Of a stretch of DNA of 64,000 nucleotides, positions 18,592-27,968 are shown piece by piece. The position numbers and the translations under genes were made by a program. The notes beneath the pieces were generated by a model that was not told where the DNA came from, did no database searches, and saw only the letters and a list, made by a program, of their open reading frames with translations. This DNA comes from an uncultured Candidatus Rokubacteria bacterium (lineage in GTDB: Bacteria > Methylomirabilota > Methylomirabilia > Rokubacteriales > DASRDR01). Position 1 is the first letter of the stretch; the number at the start of each line of letters is the position of its first letter. The stretch spans positions 480,001 through 544,000 of the forward strand of contig CAVPSB010000013.1 in assembly GCA_963708025.1 (NCBI GenBank). Reading direction: 5' to 3'.

Positions 18592-18843
18592 TCACGCCAC
18601 CTGGCGGACGTCTGTCGCGGCGTACAGGGTCTCCGGCGCTACGTCCGCGCCATTCGGCCAGCAGACCGTAGAGCCGGACACGAAGAACTCGCGGAAGTAG
18701 CTGACATCACGGAGTGGCTCGAAGATCGGCCCTTGGAGCCACGGCTGGAAGTCCACGGTTTTCGAGGTCCCGTCGTTGAACGTGAGGTGGATTCGAAATT
18801 CACCCCCGTACTCGGCCTTCACGACACCTGGGAGGATCGTCAT
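18592..18843 (-). CDS. DUF2442 domain protein (putative toxin-antitoxin partner)
   Basis: LTFNDG, GPIFEPLRD, TVCWPNGADVAPETLY. Confidence 0.88.
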   Translation of the reverse strand: MTILPGVVKAEYGGEFRIHLTFNDGTSKTVDFQPWLQGPIFEPLRDVSYFREFFVSGSTVCWPNGADVAPETLYAATDVRQVA

Positions 18844-18855
18844 CTAGCAACGCTC

Positions 18856-19093
18856 CTATTCCAGCGGCGCGATCTGCCTCAGAGGTTGGCGGGCTTTCGC
18901 CAGACGCCAGTTCTCCTCCAGCTCGCCGCGGTGCAGCAGCGCCCATCCGAGACTCGACGGCACCGACGATCATCTCACCATCGAAGTCGAACTTCCCCTG
19001 CAGCCCCTGGTACTCCGCATGGAAATGCGGCGGTTCGTGATCATTGTAGAACATCCGAACAATGATCCCGAAGAAGACCGATATCGATGGCAC
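18856..19093 (-). pseudogene. DUF4160 domain protein with an internal frameshifting deletion near 18945
   Basis: MPSISVFFGIIVRMFYNDHEPPHFHAEY...GAVESR then, in another frame, WALLHRGELEENW...IAPLE*; the connecting helix appears to be missing. Confidence 0.8.
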
Positions 19094-19214
19094 GGTCCAA
19101 TTCTAGCAACGACTGCCACCAGCCCGTACCGAATGGTGTCGGGTAGCCCGACACAGGATGGTGCCGGTGACCGAGCATCGCTGGCGCCGCACAGCGTCCC
19201 TCGCCGGCGGAATC

Positions 19215-19844
19215 TCAACGAGCCTCCACGATGCCACCGGCGCCCAGACCATGCGCCGCGAGGCCGGCCCGCACGCCTGCCGCTCCGCCCACCTGCTGGG
19301 CCGACAGTCCGGCCTCGCGGGCACCCGCCACGTACATTGCCTCGTCGTCGAAGAAGAGGATCTCGTCGGCCGCAACCTCCAGGCGGAGGGCCAGGCGGCG
19401 GAAGGCCTCCGGGTCCGGCTTGCTCCGGCCGAGCTCCGCCGAGAAGATCGCCCGCGCGCCGAAGATGTCCGGGGCGGCGGGAAACACCTCCGCGATGTGT
19501 CGCTTCAGGAGCCATGGGTTGTTGGTGAACATCCCAACCGGACGGTCCGCACCGAGCTGTCGGGCGATGGAGAGCACCGCCAGGTCGGGCTCGATCGCCG
19601 CCCGCCGGGCCTCCACCCACTGGGCCGCGGTGAGCGGATACCCAATGCGCTCGCCGAATCCCCTCAGGTAGTCGTCCGCCGACACCACGCCGCGCTCCGC
19701 CTCGTCCTCGAATCCCGACCGCCAGATGGCGGCGTGGATCGCGTCCGGGCTCTGCCCGCTCCACGACGCGAGGAGGGCCAGCCGGCGCTCGATGCGGTAG
19801 TGACAGAGGACGCCGTCCATGTCGAAGACGACCGCCTTGATCAA
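19215..19844 (-). CDS. HAD-family phosphatase
   Basis: VVFDMDGVL, TNN, KPDP, FFDD. Confidence 0.92.
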   Translation of the reverse strand: MIKAVVFDMDGVLCHYRIERRLALLASWSGQSPDAIHAAIWRSGFEDEAERGVVSADDYLRGFGERIGYPLTAAQWVEARRAAIEPDLAVLSIARQLGADRPVGMFTNNPWLLKRHIAEVFPAAPDIFGARAIFSAELGRSKPDPEAFRRLALRLEVAADEILFFDDEAMYVAGAREAGLSAQQVGGAAGVRAGLAAHGLGAGGIVEAR

Positions 19845-19908
19845 GTGCGCTCTCTCCTCAGCGACGCGTGCCGCCAGCGTCAGGCGGTGTTGGCGGCGTT
19901 GCGGCGGC

Positions 19909-20307
19909 TCACGCCTTGCCCTTCCGTCGTAGCTCGGCGATACGGGCCTTCACGAGCCGCCTCACGAGCGCCGACGGCAGCGGCTCGGTCAGTGGAAATC
20001 GAATCGTCCCCTTCGAGGTCTCGTATCCCTCGAGCGCGGCCGCATGGGCGCGCCTGACGGCCGCGCTCATCGGGTAGAGGCTGGTGTGGTGCCTCCAGGC
20101 GGCATACCACACGAGCGGCTGTCCATCGAGCCTGAAGGCGGGAATCCCGTAGCTGAAGCTCTCGGCGGCGCCGGGGGCCGCGGCGCGGATGGCCTCGCGC
20201 AGCGTCCGGAGGGCTCGGCGAGCATCGGGCGGCAACGACGCCAGGTAGGCTCGCACCCGCACCCCGGCTCGCTTGGCGTCACTTTTCGAAGGCGAGGGGG
20301 ATGTCAC
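19909..20307 (-). CDS. DUF1801 / YdhG-like protein
   Basis: YLASLP...[20 protein letters not shown]...SKGTIRFP...[12 protein letters not shown]. Confidence 0.88.
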   Translation of the reverse strand: MTSPSPSKSDAKRAGVRVRAYLASLPPDARRALRTLREAIRAAAPGAAESFSYGIPAFRLDGQPLVWYAAWRHHTSLYPMSAAVRRAHAAALEGYETSKGTIRFPLTEPLPSALVRRLVKARIAELRRKGKA

Positions 20308-20354
20308 AGCGAGCCGGTGGGATCGTCAGTCCCAGACACGCCAACAACCGGCCA

Positions 20355-20708
20355 TCATGCGGCGACCTCCATGAGGTACGTGGTCAGCCACTTGATCTTG
20401 CCGCGCTGCATGACGAACACATCGCAGAACACCGCGCTCAGAACGCCGCCGGCCCTTCTCTGGGCGCGAACCGCGCCCTCGGCGACCACGACGTCGCCTT
20501 CCTCCGTCAGGCGCGTGATCGTTATCGTGGGGCTACCCACGAACGCAGGGTTCTCGATCTCCTTGTCGAAGGCCTCCTTGCCAGTCAAATGAAATGCCCC
20601 GGGCATCTCCCACTCGACGTCGTCGGTCAGGCAGGACAGGATCTCCTCATGGTCGCTCCGCCGGAAGCCTTCCATGTACCTTTCCACGGTTCGCTTGTTC
20701 TCTGTCAC
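20355..20708 (-). CDS. SnoaL-like / NTF2 family protein
   Basis: NKRTVERYMEGF, LTDDVEW, EEGDVVVAEG, FCDVFVM. Confidence 0.88.
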   Translation of the reverse strand: MTENKRTVERYMEGFRRSDHEEILSCLTDDVEWEMPGAFHLTGKEAFDKEIENPAFVGSPTITITRLTEEGDVVVAEGAVRAQRRAGGVLSAVFCDVFVMQRGKIKWLTTYLMEVAA

Positions 20709-20757
20709 GTCCGAACTCCATGGAATCTGGGCCGAGACCGACCGGGTCGGCGTGCCC

Positions 20758-21682
20758 TCACGTGTGGGCATACAGCTCCGTGCTCAGGTACTTCATCCCA
20801 GAATCGACGGCCACGGTGACCACCGTGTGGTCGGGCCCCAGGCGCTCGGCGACCCGCAACGCCACCGCCACGTTTGCTCCCGTGGAGGTGCCGGCGAAGA
20901 TTCCCTCGAGCCGGGCCAGGCGCCGGGCGGTCGCCATCGCTTCCTGAGTCGATACCGTCTGGATCTCGTCGGCGAGTGTTCCGGTCCAGAGCGGCACCAC
21001 GAACCCGGCGCCGGTGCCCTCGATCCTGTGAGACCCGCTCGGCTTGCCCGACAGCACCGCCGACTCCTCGGGCTCGACCGCAACGACGTACACCGCCTCG
21101 TTGTGGGCTCGAAGGCGTGTCGAGATCCCCCGCAACGACCCGCAACTACCGACGCATCTGGACGAAAGCGTCAACCCGCCCGTGGGCCTGCTCCCAGATC
21201 TCCTCGCCCATCCGCTCGTAGCTGGACAGCTGATCGGTATTGTTCAGCTGATCCGTCCAGTAGCACCCGGGGGCGGAGGCGAGCTGTCTGGCGGTCTCGA
21301 TCATCTCGAGCGTGAGGGCCTTCGTCGTCCCCCCGGTGGGACTGGCGACGAGTGTGAGCCGAGCCCCCAGCGCCGCCATGTGGGCCCGCTTCTCCTGGCT
21401 GAACGCCTCCGATGTCACGATCTGCAGCGGGATGCGCTTCGCGGCGCACACGAAGGCGAGTGACACGCCCGTGCTTCCACCCGTGTACTCGATCACCGAG
21501 CCGCCCGGACGCAGCCGCCCATCCGCCTCGGCCGCCTCGACCATCGCGAGCGCCATGCGGTCCTTCATGCTCCCCGTCGGGTTTTCGTACTCCAGCTTGA
21601 CCAGGATCCTGGCGCTCTTCTCCGGGACCATGTGCTGGAGCGGCATGAGCCTCGTCCGGCCAATGGTATCGAGCACGTTCAC
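20758..21682 (-). CDS. PLP-dependent cysteine synthase family protein, frameshift near 21158
   Basis: IGRTRL, VKLEYENPTGSMKDR (PLP lysine), HRIEGTGAG, LEGIFAGTSTGAN, DSGMKYLS. Confidence 0.9.
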
Positions 21683-21753
21683 GCTTGCTCTTCCTTTCTA
21701 CGAGGTTCACTGACTCTGGCTCAGTTTGACTGCAAGGTCCCATGGCAATCTCT

Positions 21754-21812
21754 TCCTAACAGCAGCTTTAGCGGCGGTGCCGAGCAGCGCGAGGCGACGT
21801 CCGCTGGCTGAA
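21754..21812 (-). mobile_element. Degenerate integron attC-like site
   Basis: Minus strand CCAGCGGACG...GCCGCTAAAGCTGCT-GTTAGGA: paired inner boxes with one extra base and a GTTAGG core; the RYYYAAC half is not recognisable. Confidence 0.5.
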
Positions 21813-22649
21813 GTCCGCCTGCGCCTCGTGGTCCGCGCCCTCCCACAGCTGCTCTACCTCGATAAGAAGGCAGCAGAGTTCGTCTGCTGCCTCGCGACAG
21901 CCCGCGATGATGATCTCGTACGTACGATAGTCGCGAATCGCCTTGATCTGACTGACTACGTGCGTCTTGGCGAGGATGTCGCGGCGGTCAGCGAAGCGTC
22001 GGCCCAGGCCGCTCCACAGGCCTGCGTCGATCGGCGGATGCAGCAGCCGCGCGAGTCCAGGTCGCCCCAACCCGCCGATGTAGGTAGCGGTCTTGAGATA
22101 GACGTTGATCATCTTGGACGCCCAGCCGACGCACAGAGACCGCTCCTCGGCGCACAGTAGAGCGGTCGCATCGCGGTGCCAGTGAGCGAACTCCATCGGC
22201 GTGACTCTGGTGCGACGCGGTGCCAAGACACGCTGGAAGTCCACTAAGCGGAGGAGCGGGTACACTTGGTCACGCGACTTGACCGGCGCGCCCGAGCGGA
22301 GGGCGGACAGCACCGTCCAACCAGCGTACGTTTCATCGTGTGGGTGTCCGGCCTCCTGAGCCAGCACTCTTCTGCCGTACTCGGTGACGTGGAACCACGG
22401 CAGGTTCTGGTTCGTCGAGTTCATCCCCGGAGCCACGATTCCCTCGATGAGCAGCTGCCAGAAGACCTCAGTCACATGGAAAGCTAGGACTTGAGGCTGC
22501 CGGTTGTTGTTCGCGTATTCGACGAAGCGCTGATAAGCGTCCCCAGTCGAATTGAGCTGATTCGCGTTGGGATCGGAACGAAGCCAGTCAAAGAAAATAC
22601 GGCGTACTGCCGACCAATCGGGACGCGCAGGATCATAGGGAACCGGCAC
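21768..22649 (-). CDS. Hypothetical protein, lower GC, probably an in-frame chimera of two genes
   Basis: 293 aa; GGAGG RBS; atypical codon usage; C-terminal half has GWASKMINVYLK...LHPPID. Confidence 0.65.
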   Translation of the reverse strand: MPVPYDPARPDWSAVRRIFFDWLRSDPNANQLNSTGDAYQRFVEYANNNRQPQVLAFHVTEVFWQLLIEGIVAPGMNSTNQNLPWFHVTEYGRRVLAQEAGHPHDETYAGWTVLSALRSGAPVKSRDQVYPLLRLVDFQRVLAPRRTRVTPMEFAHWHRDATALLCAEERSLCVGWASKMINVYLKTATYIGGLGRPGLARLLHPPIDAGLWSGLGRRFADRRDILAKTHVVSQIKAIRDYRTYEIIIAGCREAADELCCLLIEVEQLWEGADHEAQADFSQRTSPRAARHRR

Positions 22650-22705
22650 CGTTCCGCCTCCGGCAGTCTAACGTTCGGGGCTCGTCTGGCTCCGGGGGGG
22701 CGCAC

Positions 22706-24309
22706 CTACTCCCGGAGCCAGACCTTCATGAAGGTGTTGTTGTCGTAGGTGGTGAGGGCGGGCTTGTAGCCCCGCACCCGCTTGTCCACGAAGAACCACC
22801 CTTCGACCCACGCCACCGGCACCGCCGCCGGCGGGCTCGGCCAGGATGTGGCGCTGGAGCTCCCAGTAGAGCTGCTTGCGCTTGTCGTGGCTCGTCTCGC
22901 GGAGGGCGCGCTCGGCCAGGTCGTCCACCTTGGGGTCCGAGTACCGCCCGTAGTTGCTGCCGGCGTTCGTCGAGTAGACGACCGAGAAGAGCGACTCGGG
23001 ATCGGGCGTGTCCATGGCGCGGTCCTGGGCGGCGATGAGGGCGAAGTCGCCCTTGCCGAACACCGCGTAGCCGGCCGCGCTCTCGTGGCTCTTGAGCGTC
23101 CCCCGGATCCCGGCCTTGCGGAGCTGGGCGAGGACGAGCTGGGCCCGGTCCAGGTAGTTGCCGACCGAGCGGATCGACACCTCGACGTCGAGGCCGTTCG
23201 GGTGGTGCTTCTCGACGAGCCGCTTGGCCTCGGCGACGTCCTGGTCCTTGGCCGCGCGGCAGCCGGGCAGCTTGCTCACCTCGTCGAGCGGCAGCGCGAA
23301 GTCGCCGACCAGCTTGGGGTCGAGCAGCGCGCACGGCACGCCGGCGCCCTCCAGGGCCTTGGCCACCAGCTCCTGGCGGTCGAGCGCGAGGAACACGGCC
23401 CGCCGCAGGTCGGGCTCGTTGAAGGGCGGCCGCTGCGGCGTTCAGGAAGACCAGCCAGATGGTGTTGATGGACTGCTGGGAGATGTCCACCTCGTTGCCG
23501 CGCGCCCGGGCCAGCTCGTCGGCCTGGGTCTTCCGCATCGGCGGCCAGGTGTCCCACAGCATGACGCGACCGGCCTTGGCGGCGGCGAGCTGGGTGGGCC
23601 CGGCGGTCAGGATGTACTGGCGGACGCCGTCGAGATACGGCAGGCCCGGGATGAAGTAGTCCTTGTTCTTCTCCCACTCGATCAGGTTGCCCCGCTCGTA
23701 GCGCTTGAACCGGAACGGCCCGGTGCCGATCTGGGCCTCCGGCCGGTCGAGGTCGCCGAACTTCTCGAGCACGTGCTTGGCCGCCACCCGGCACCAGGCG
23801 GAGGCCACCACGCCCACGAAGGGCGCGGCCGGGAACTTCAGCCGGAACTGCACGGTGGCCGGGTCGAGCACCTCGACGCCCGCCACCATCGGCTTGAGGG
23901 CGGCCCCGCACTTCGGGCTCTTGAAGTCGGGATTCAGGAGGCGGTCGAAGGTGGCCTTGACGTCGGCCGCGCTGAACGGCTGGCCGTCGTGCCACTTCAC
24001 GCCTCGGCGCAGGTGGAAGGTGTACGTCCGCCCGTCGGGCGACGCCGTCCACCGCTCGGCGAGGTCGCCCGCGATCTTGCTCGGGTCGTCGGGGTCGTAG
24101 TGGAGGAGCCCGCTCCAGATCCCGGCGGTCGCCTGCTGGACGACGAGCGGCGACTCGGCGTGGACGTCGAGGCGACCCGGGTCGCCGTAGTCGAACCAGT
24201 TGAGGATCCCGCCGTAGCGGGGCTTGTCCTGAGCCAGGGCATCCCCGGCCCCGAGGCCGAGCAGCGTCACGATCGTCAGCATCACCGCGAGCCTGATCGC
24301 CAGCTTCAT
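22706..24309 (-). CDS. Peptide ABC transporter substrate-binding protein (family 5), frameshifts near 23435 and 22835
   Basis: Signal peptide; DLAERWTASPDGRTYTFHLRRGVKWHDG; IGTGPFRF; NYGRYSDPKVD. Confidence 0.92.
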
Positions 24310-24544
24310 GGGTCTCCCCCTTTCGGTCAGCGGGCCTGGCGCATTATCCACGGGGCGCGCCCCTACCGTCAACGCGCGCCGATCCGGCCGAGGGCCCCGT
24401 CGAGATTTGCCCGTAAGGGCAATGCCGGCCCCGGCCGGCGGCCGCCTTGTGAGACTCTTTCCGCTTGACAGGGGGCCGGCTCGTCGAGCCTGGCCACACC
24501 CGTCGGTCGCCACCCGCCCAGGACGTGTCAGAGAGGAGGCCGCC

Positions 24545-26044
24545 GTGCCCCACTACCTCAGCGACGATGAGCTCCGAAGCGTGGCACCCGCCGAGTCAGC
24601 CTTCCGGGCGCCGATCCCGACGCAGATCGTCTCCAATGGCGAGTTCAACCCCCTGCCCCAGACGAGCGACCAGCGTCGCGTGGAAGCGCGCGTCAAGGCG
24701 CTGGCCGACGAGCTGGGGCCCCGGCACGGGATGGGCCGCCGGCAGTTCCTGACGACCAGCGCCGGAATGGCCGCCGCGTTTCTCGCGATGAACGAGGTGT
24801 TCGGCCCCCTGTTCGAGGTCAGCCGCGCCGAGGCCGCCGCCCCCGGTGTCGCCGTCGAGCGGGCGGCCGCGATGGCCGGGCAGTTCATCGTCAACGTCCA
24901 GACGCACTTCGTCCGGGACGACTTCAAGCAGGACGGCCTGCTGGACCTGGCGAAGTACGCGCGCCAGCACTGGAATCCCGCGCTGGCCGGCGAGAATTCC
25001 CTCGCCCGCTTCAAGTTCGAGAACTACGTCAAGGAGGTCTTCGTCGACAGCGACACGAAGGTCGCGCTGCTCTCCGGCGCGCCGTTCGACGATCCGACCT
25101 GGGACCTGCTGAACAACGACCAGATCGCGGCGGCGCGGTCCGCCATCAACCGGATCGCCGGCTCGCGGCGCCTGCTGGCGCACTCCGTGTTCACCCCGAA
25201 GAAGGCCGGCTGGCTGGACGAGGTCAACCGCTGCATCGCGCAGATCCAGCCCGATAGCTGGAAGGGTTACACGATCGGGGATCCGCTCTTCCCGTCCAAG
25301 CTGGGGTCCTACTGGCGGCTGGACGACGAGAAGCTCGTCTACCCCTTCTACGAGAAGATCGTCAAATCCGGCATCACGACGGTCTGCATCCACAAAGGCC
25401 TGCTTCCGCTGGACTACGAGAAGTCGTGGCCCGGCGTCTGGGAGTACGCCACGGTCTCGGACCTGGGCAAGGCGGCCAAGGACTGGCCCCAGATCAACTT
25501 CGTCATGTACCACGGGGCCCTGCGAGCCTTCCTGGAGACCCCCGATGCGGCGCTGGCCGAGTTCGAGCAGACCGGCCGGATCAAGTGGTCTACCGACCTC
25601 GCCGAGATCCCGGGCAAGTACGGCGTCAACAACGTCTACGGTGAGATCGGCACCGCTTTCGCCAACTCGGCGGTGGCGAACCCCCGCTTCGCCGCCGCGT
25701 TCGTGGGCTCCCTGCTCAAGGGTCTCGGCCCCGACCGGGTGCTGTGGGGCACCGACTCGGTGTGGTACGGCTCACCGCAGTGGCAGATCGAGGCGATGCG
25801 GCGCCTGGAGATCCCCGAGGACATGCAGAAGAAGCACGGCTTCGCGCCGCTCGGGCCCGCGGAGGGCATGGTGAAGACCGCGCTCTTCAGCGGCAACGCG
25901 GCCCGGCTCTACAGCCTCCAGGTGCGGACCGCGCACGGCGCCATCACGAACGACAAGATCGCGGCGATCAAGGCGGAGTACCTGGCCAGCGGGGGCATGC
26001 GCAGCAACACCCGCTACGGCTACGTCCACCGGTCGGTCGCCTGA
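24545..26044 (+). CDS. Amidohydrolase family protein (amidohydro_2-like) with an internal twin-arginine motif
   Basis: GAGGAGG RBS; VQTH, WKGY, CIHKG, YHGA, VLWGTDSVWYGSPQW; GRRQFL near residue 63. Confidence 0.88.
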   Translation: MPHYLSDDELRSVAPAESAFRAPIPTQIVSNGEFNPLPQTSDQRRVEARVKALADELGPRHGMGRRQFLTTSAGMAAAFLAMNEVFGPLFEVSRAEAAAPGVAVERAAAMAGQFIVNVQTHFVRDDFKQDGLLDLAKYARQHWNPALAGENSLARFKFENYVKEVFVDSDTKVALLSGAPFDDPTWDLLNNDQIAAARSAINRIAGSRRLLAHSVFTPKKAGWLDEVNRCIAQIQPDSWKGYTIGDPLFPSKLGSYWRLDDEKLVYPFYEKIVKSGITTVCIHKGLLPLDYEKSWPGVWEYATVSDLGKAAKDWPQINFVMYHGALRAFLETPDAALAEFEQTGRIKWSTDLAEIPGKYGVNNVYGEIGTAFANSAVANPRFAAAFVGSLLKGLGPDRVLWGTDSVWYGSPQWQIEAMRRLEIPEDMQKKHGFAPLGPAEGMVKTALFSGNAARLYSLQVRTAHGAITNDKIAAIKAEYLASGGMRSNTRYGYVHRSVA

Positions 26045-26063
26045 GATCTCCGGAGCCTCCCGG

Positions 26064-26113
26064 CCATCCCCCCTTCCCCACCCACTGGGGGAGGGGGGAG
26101 TCGGGGGCCCCGA
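26064..26113. repeat. G/C-tract palindromic repeat, family B copy 1
   Basis: Reverse complement matches 52759-52809 (CTCCCCCCTCCCCC.GTGGGTGGGG.AGGGGGG). Confidence 0.7.
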
Positions 26114-26124
26114 TGCTTCACGCC

Positions 26125-26610
26125 CTACCGGGCAAGCTCGAACTCGCCCTCGAGACTATCCCACAAGAGGCCGGGCGCAACCACAGAGACGCGCCACTTC
26201 CCTCCGCCCTTGATGCCGGCAAGCTTGTCGGTCCCGCCCATGAACTGAAACGTCCCCTCGGCACCGTCGTCAAGGATACGGATCGTTTCGAAGCGCGCGA
26301 AGGCCTTGGACCCGTCGCGCTGCGCGAAAATCTTGTATCCTCCGGCCGTGGGGGCTGCCTTGTTCCCCCCACTAGTGCCCTTGACGATGTACTGAGCCGT
26401 GTCGAGGAATCCGCTACCCGCGCTGTTGAACACGACACCGATCCAGTCGCTCACTCCGACGCGGTGACCCTCGGGGTCACCGACCTCCAGAGTCTCCGCC
26501 TTGGTCCGGTACAGCGTACCGCGGAGAACGAACTTCTCGCCCGCCGCCGCGGGGTCGGGATAGCTGAAGAGCCCTACTAGCAGCAGACCGCAGATCGCAA
26601 ATGTCCGCAT
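26125..26610 (-). CDS. Exported hypothetical beta-rich protein
   Basis: AGGAGGAGG RBS; signal peptide ending AAA-G; GTFQFMGGTDKLAGIKGGG resembles the GGTG-x-F/Y-x-G motif of AOC/dirigent-like barrels. Confidence 0.7.
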   Translation of the reverse strand: MRTFAICGLLLVGLFSYPDPAAAGEKFVLRGTLYRTKAETLEVGDPEGHRVGVSDWIGVVFNSAGSGFLDTAQYIVKGTSGGNKAAPTAGGYKIFAQRDGSKAFARFETIRILDDGAEGTFQFMGGTDKLAGIKGGGKWRVSVVAPGLLWDSLEGEFELAR

Positions 26611-27013
26611 ATCGCCCTCCTCCTGGGAACGGCGAGACTAGACCCTGTACCTGCTGCGCGACGTGGGAGGCATCGAGCGGGATTGGGGGACTGCGACAGT
26701 GGAACGCACGCCATCGCCCACGGTCCGGCGCGTCCAGCCGAGCGGCGAAGTGGTGCCCGAGCCCCTGGGCGACGCGCATCATGACCTCCCGAACTCGAGG
26801 GCGAATGAGGGCGACGCGAATATACGGCCAGCGCCGGGGTCCGCGCAACCTCACCCTGCTGGCCGTCGGAAGGCGTGGACGGCGCCGGTGGACGCCAGCC
26901 CCCATTCGCGTTCGTTCGGGTGTTGAGGCCTTGTCCGTCACAACGCCCACCCTCGCTGGCGTGGAAATCCTCCTAGGATCGCTCTCTTCCAGGGACAGTC
27001 TAGCTCGTCTTCC

Positions 27014-27076
27014 TTACTGGATCACTTCATCCGCCCGCGCTAGCACCGATGGCGGGATCGTCAGCCCAATCTGCTT
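27014..27076 (-). pseudogene. Orphan 3' end of an ABC_sub_bind gene
   Basis: Encodes KQIGLTIPPSVLARADEVIQ*, matching the C-terminus of 10242-11228. Confidence 0.8.
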
Positions 27077-27119
27077 GCCTTCATCAGTTGGCCCATGTAA
27101 GCGAACGCGGCGGATCTTC

Positions 27120-27968
27120 TCAGCCCAGCCCGCCCCGCAGTCGCGGATCGGTGAGATCGCGGATCGCGTCGCCCAGCAGGTTGAGCCCGAACACCGTCAC
27201 GCTGATGGCCAGCCCCGGGAACAGGAACATCCACGGCGCCTGCTCGATGGCCTGGGTCCCCGCCGTCAGCATGGCCCCCCACGATGGCTCGTCGGGCGGC
27301 GCCCCGAGGCCGAGAAAGCTGAGCGATGCCTCCACCACGATGGCATAGGAGACGTTGACGGTCACCAGCACGATATAGGTGGCGAGGGTGTTGGGCAAGA
27401 CGTGCCGGGCGATCACCCGCCCGTGCGAGCAGCCCGCCGCCCGCGCCGCCTCCACGTACGGGCTCTCGCGGAGGCCGAGGACCAGCGACCGCAGCGTCCG
27501 CGAGGCCGTCGGCGTCAGGAGGATCGTCAGGGCCAGGATCACGTTGGTCACCGACTGGCCGAGGGCTGCCATGAGCGAGAGAGCCAGGATGATGGGGGGC
27601 AGGGCCATGAGCGTGTCCACCACCCGCTGGCTGGCCGTGTCGGCGACGCCGCCGAGGTAGGCGGTGACGATCCCCCACAGCCCGCCGAGCGTGATGCCGA
27701 AGGCCACCGAGGTGAGCCCCACGTAGAGGGACAGGCGGGCCCCCCAGATGACGCGGCTCAGCAGGTCGCGCCCGAGGTGGTCGGTGCCGAGCGGGAACTC
27801 GCGGCCGGGCGGCACGTAGGGCGCGAACCCGGTTTCCTTGGCACCGTGGGGCGCGAGCTGGGGGGCCAGCACCGCGGTGGCGACCAGGCCCAGCACGATG
27901 ACGGCCCCCAGCGCCCCCAGCGGCTGGCGGGCGGCGACCCGGCCGAGGCGGGCAAGCCCGATGCGCAT
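27120..27968 (-). CDS. Peptide ABC transporter permease (DppC-like)
   Basis: LGTDHLGRDLLSRVIWGARLSL, YVEAARAAG, PSWGAML, NLLGDAIRDLTDP. Confidence 0.93.
   Translation of the reverse strand: MRIGLARLGRVAARQPLGALGAVIVLGLVATAVLAPQLAPHGAKETGFAPYVPPGREFPLGTDHLGRDLLSRVIWGARLSLYVGLTSVAFGITLGGLWGIVTAYLGGVADTASQRVVDTLMALPPIILALSLMAALGQSVTNVILALTILLTPTASRTLRSLVLGLRESPYVEAARAAGCSHGRVIARHVLPNTLATYIVLVTVNVSYAIVVEASLSFLGLGAPPDEPSWGAMLTAGTQAIEQAPWMFLFPGLAISVTVFGLNLLGDAIRDLTDPRLRGGLG

Noticed and set aside
19860-19915. attC site between the HAD and DUF1801 genes
   Set aside because: A GCCAAC is present but there is no matching GTTRRRY or paired inner boxes.
5843-24352. DnaA-box-like 9-mers TTGTCCACG (5843) and TTATCCACG (24344) as an origin
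   Set aside because: Single mismatched copies, no cluster, no AT-rich unwinding region, no dnaA.
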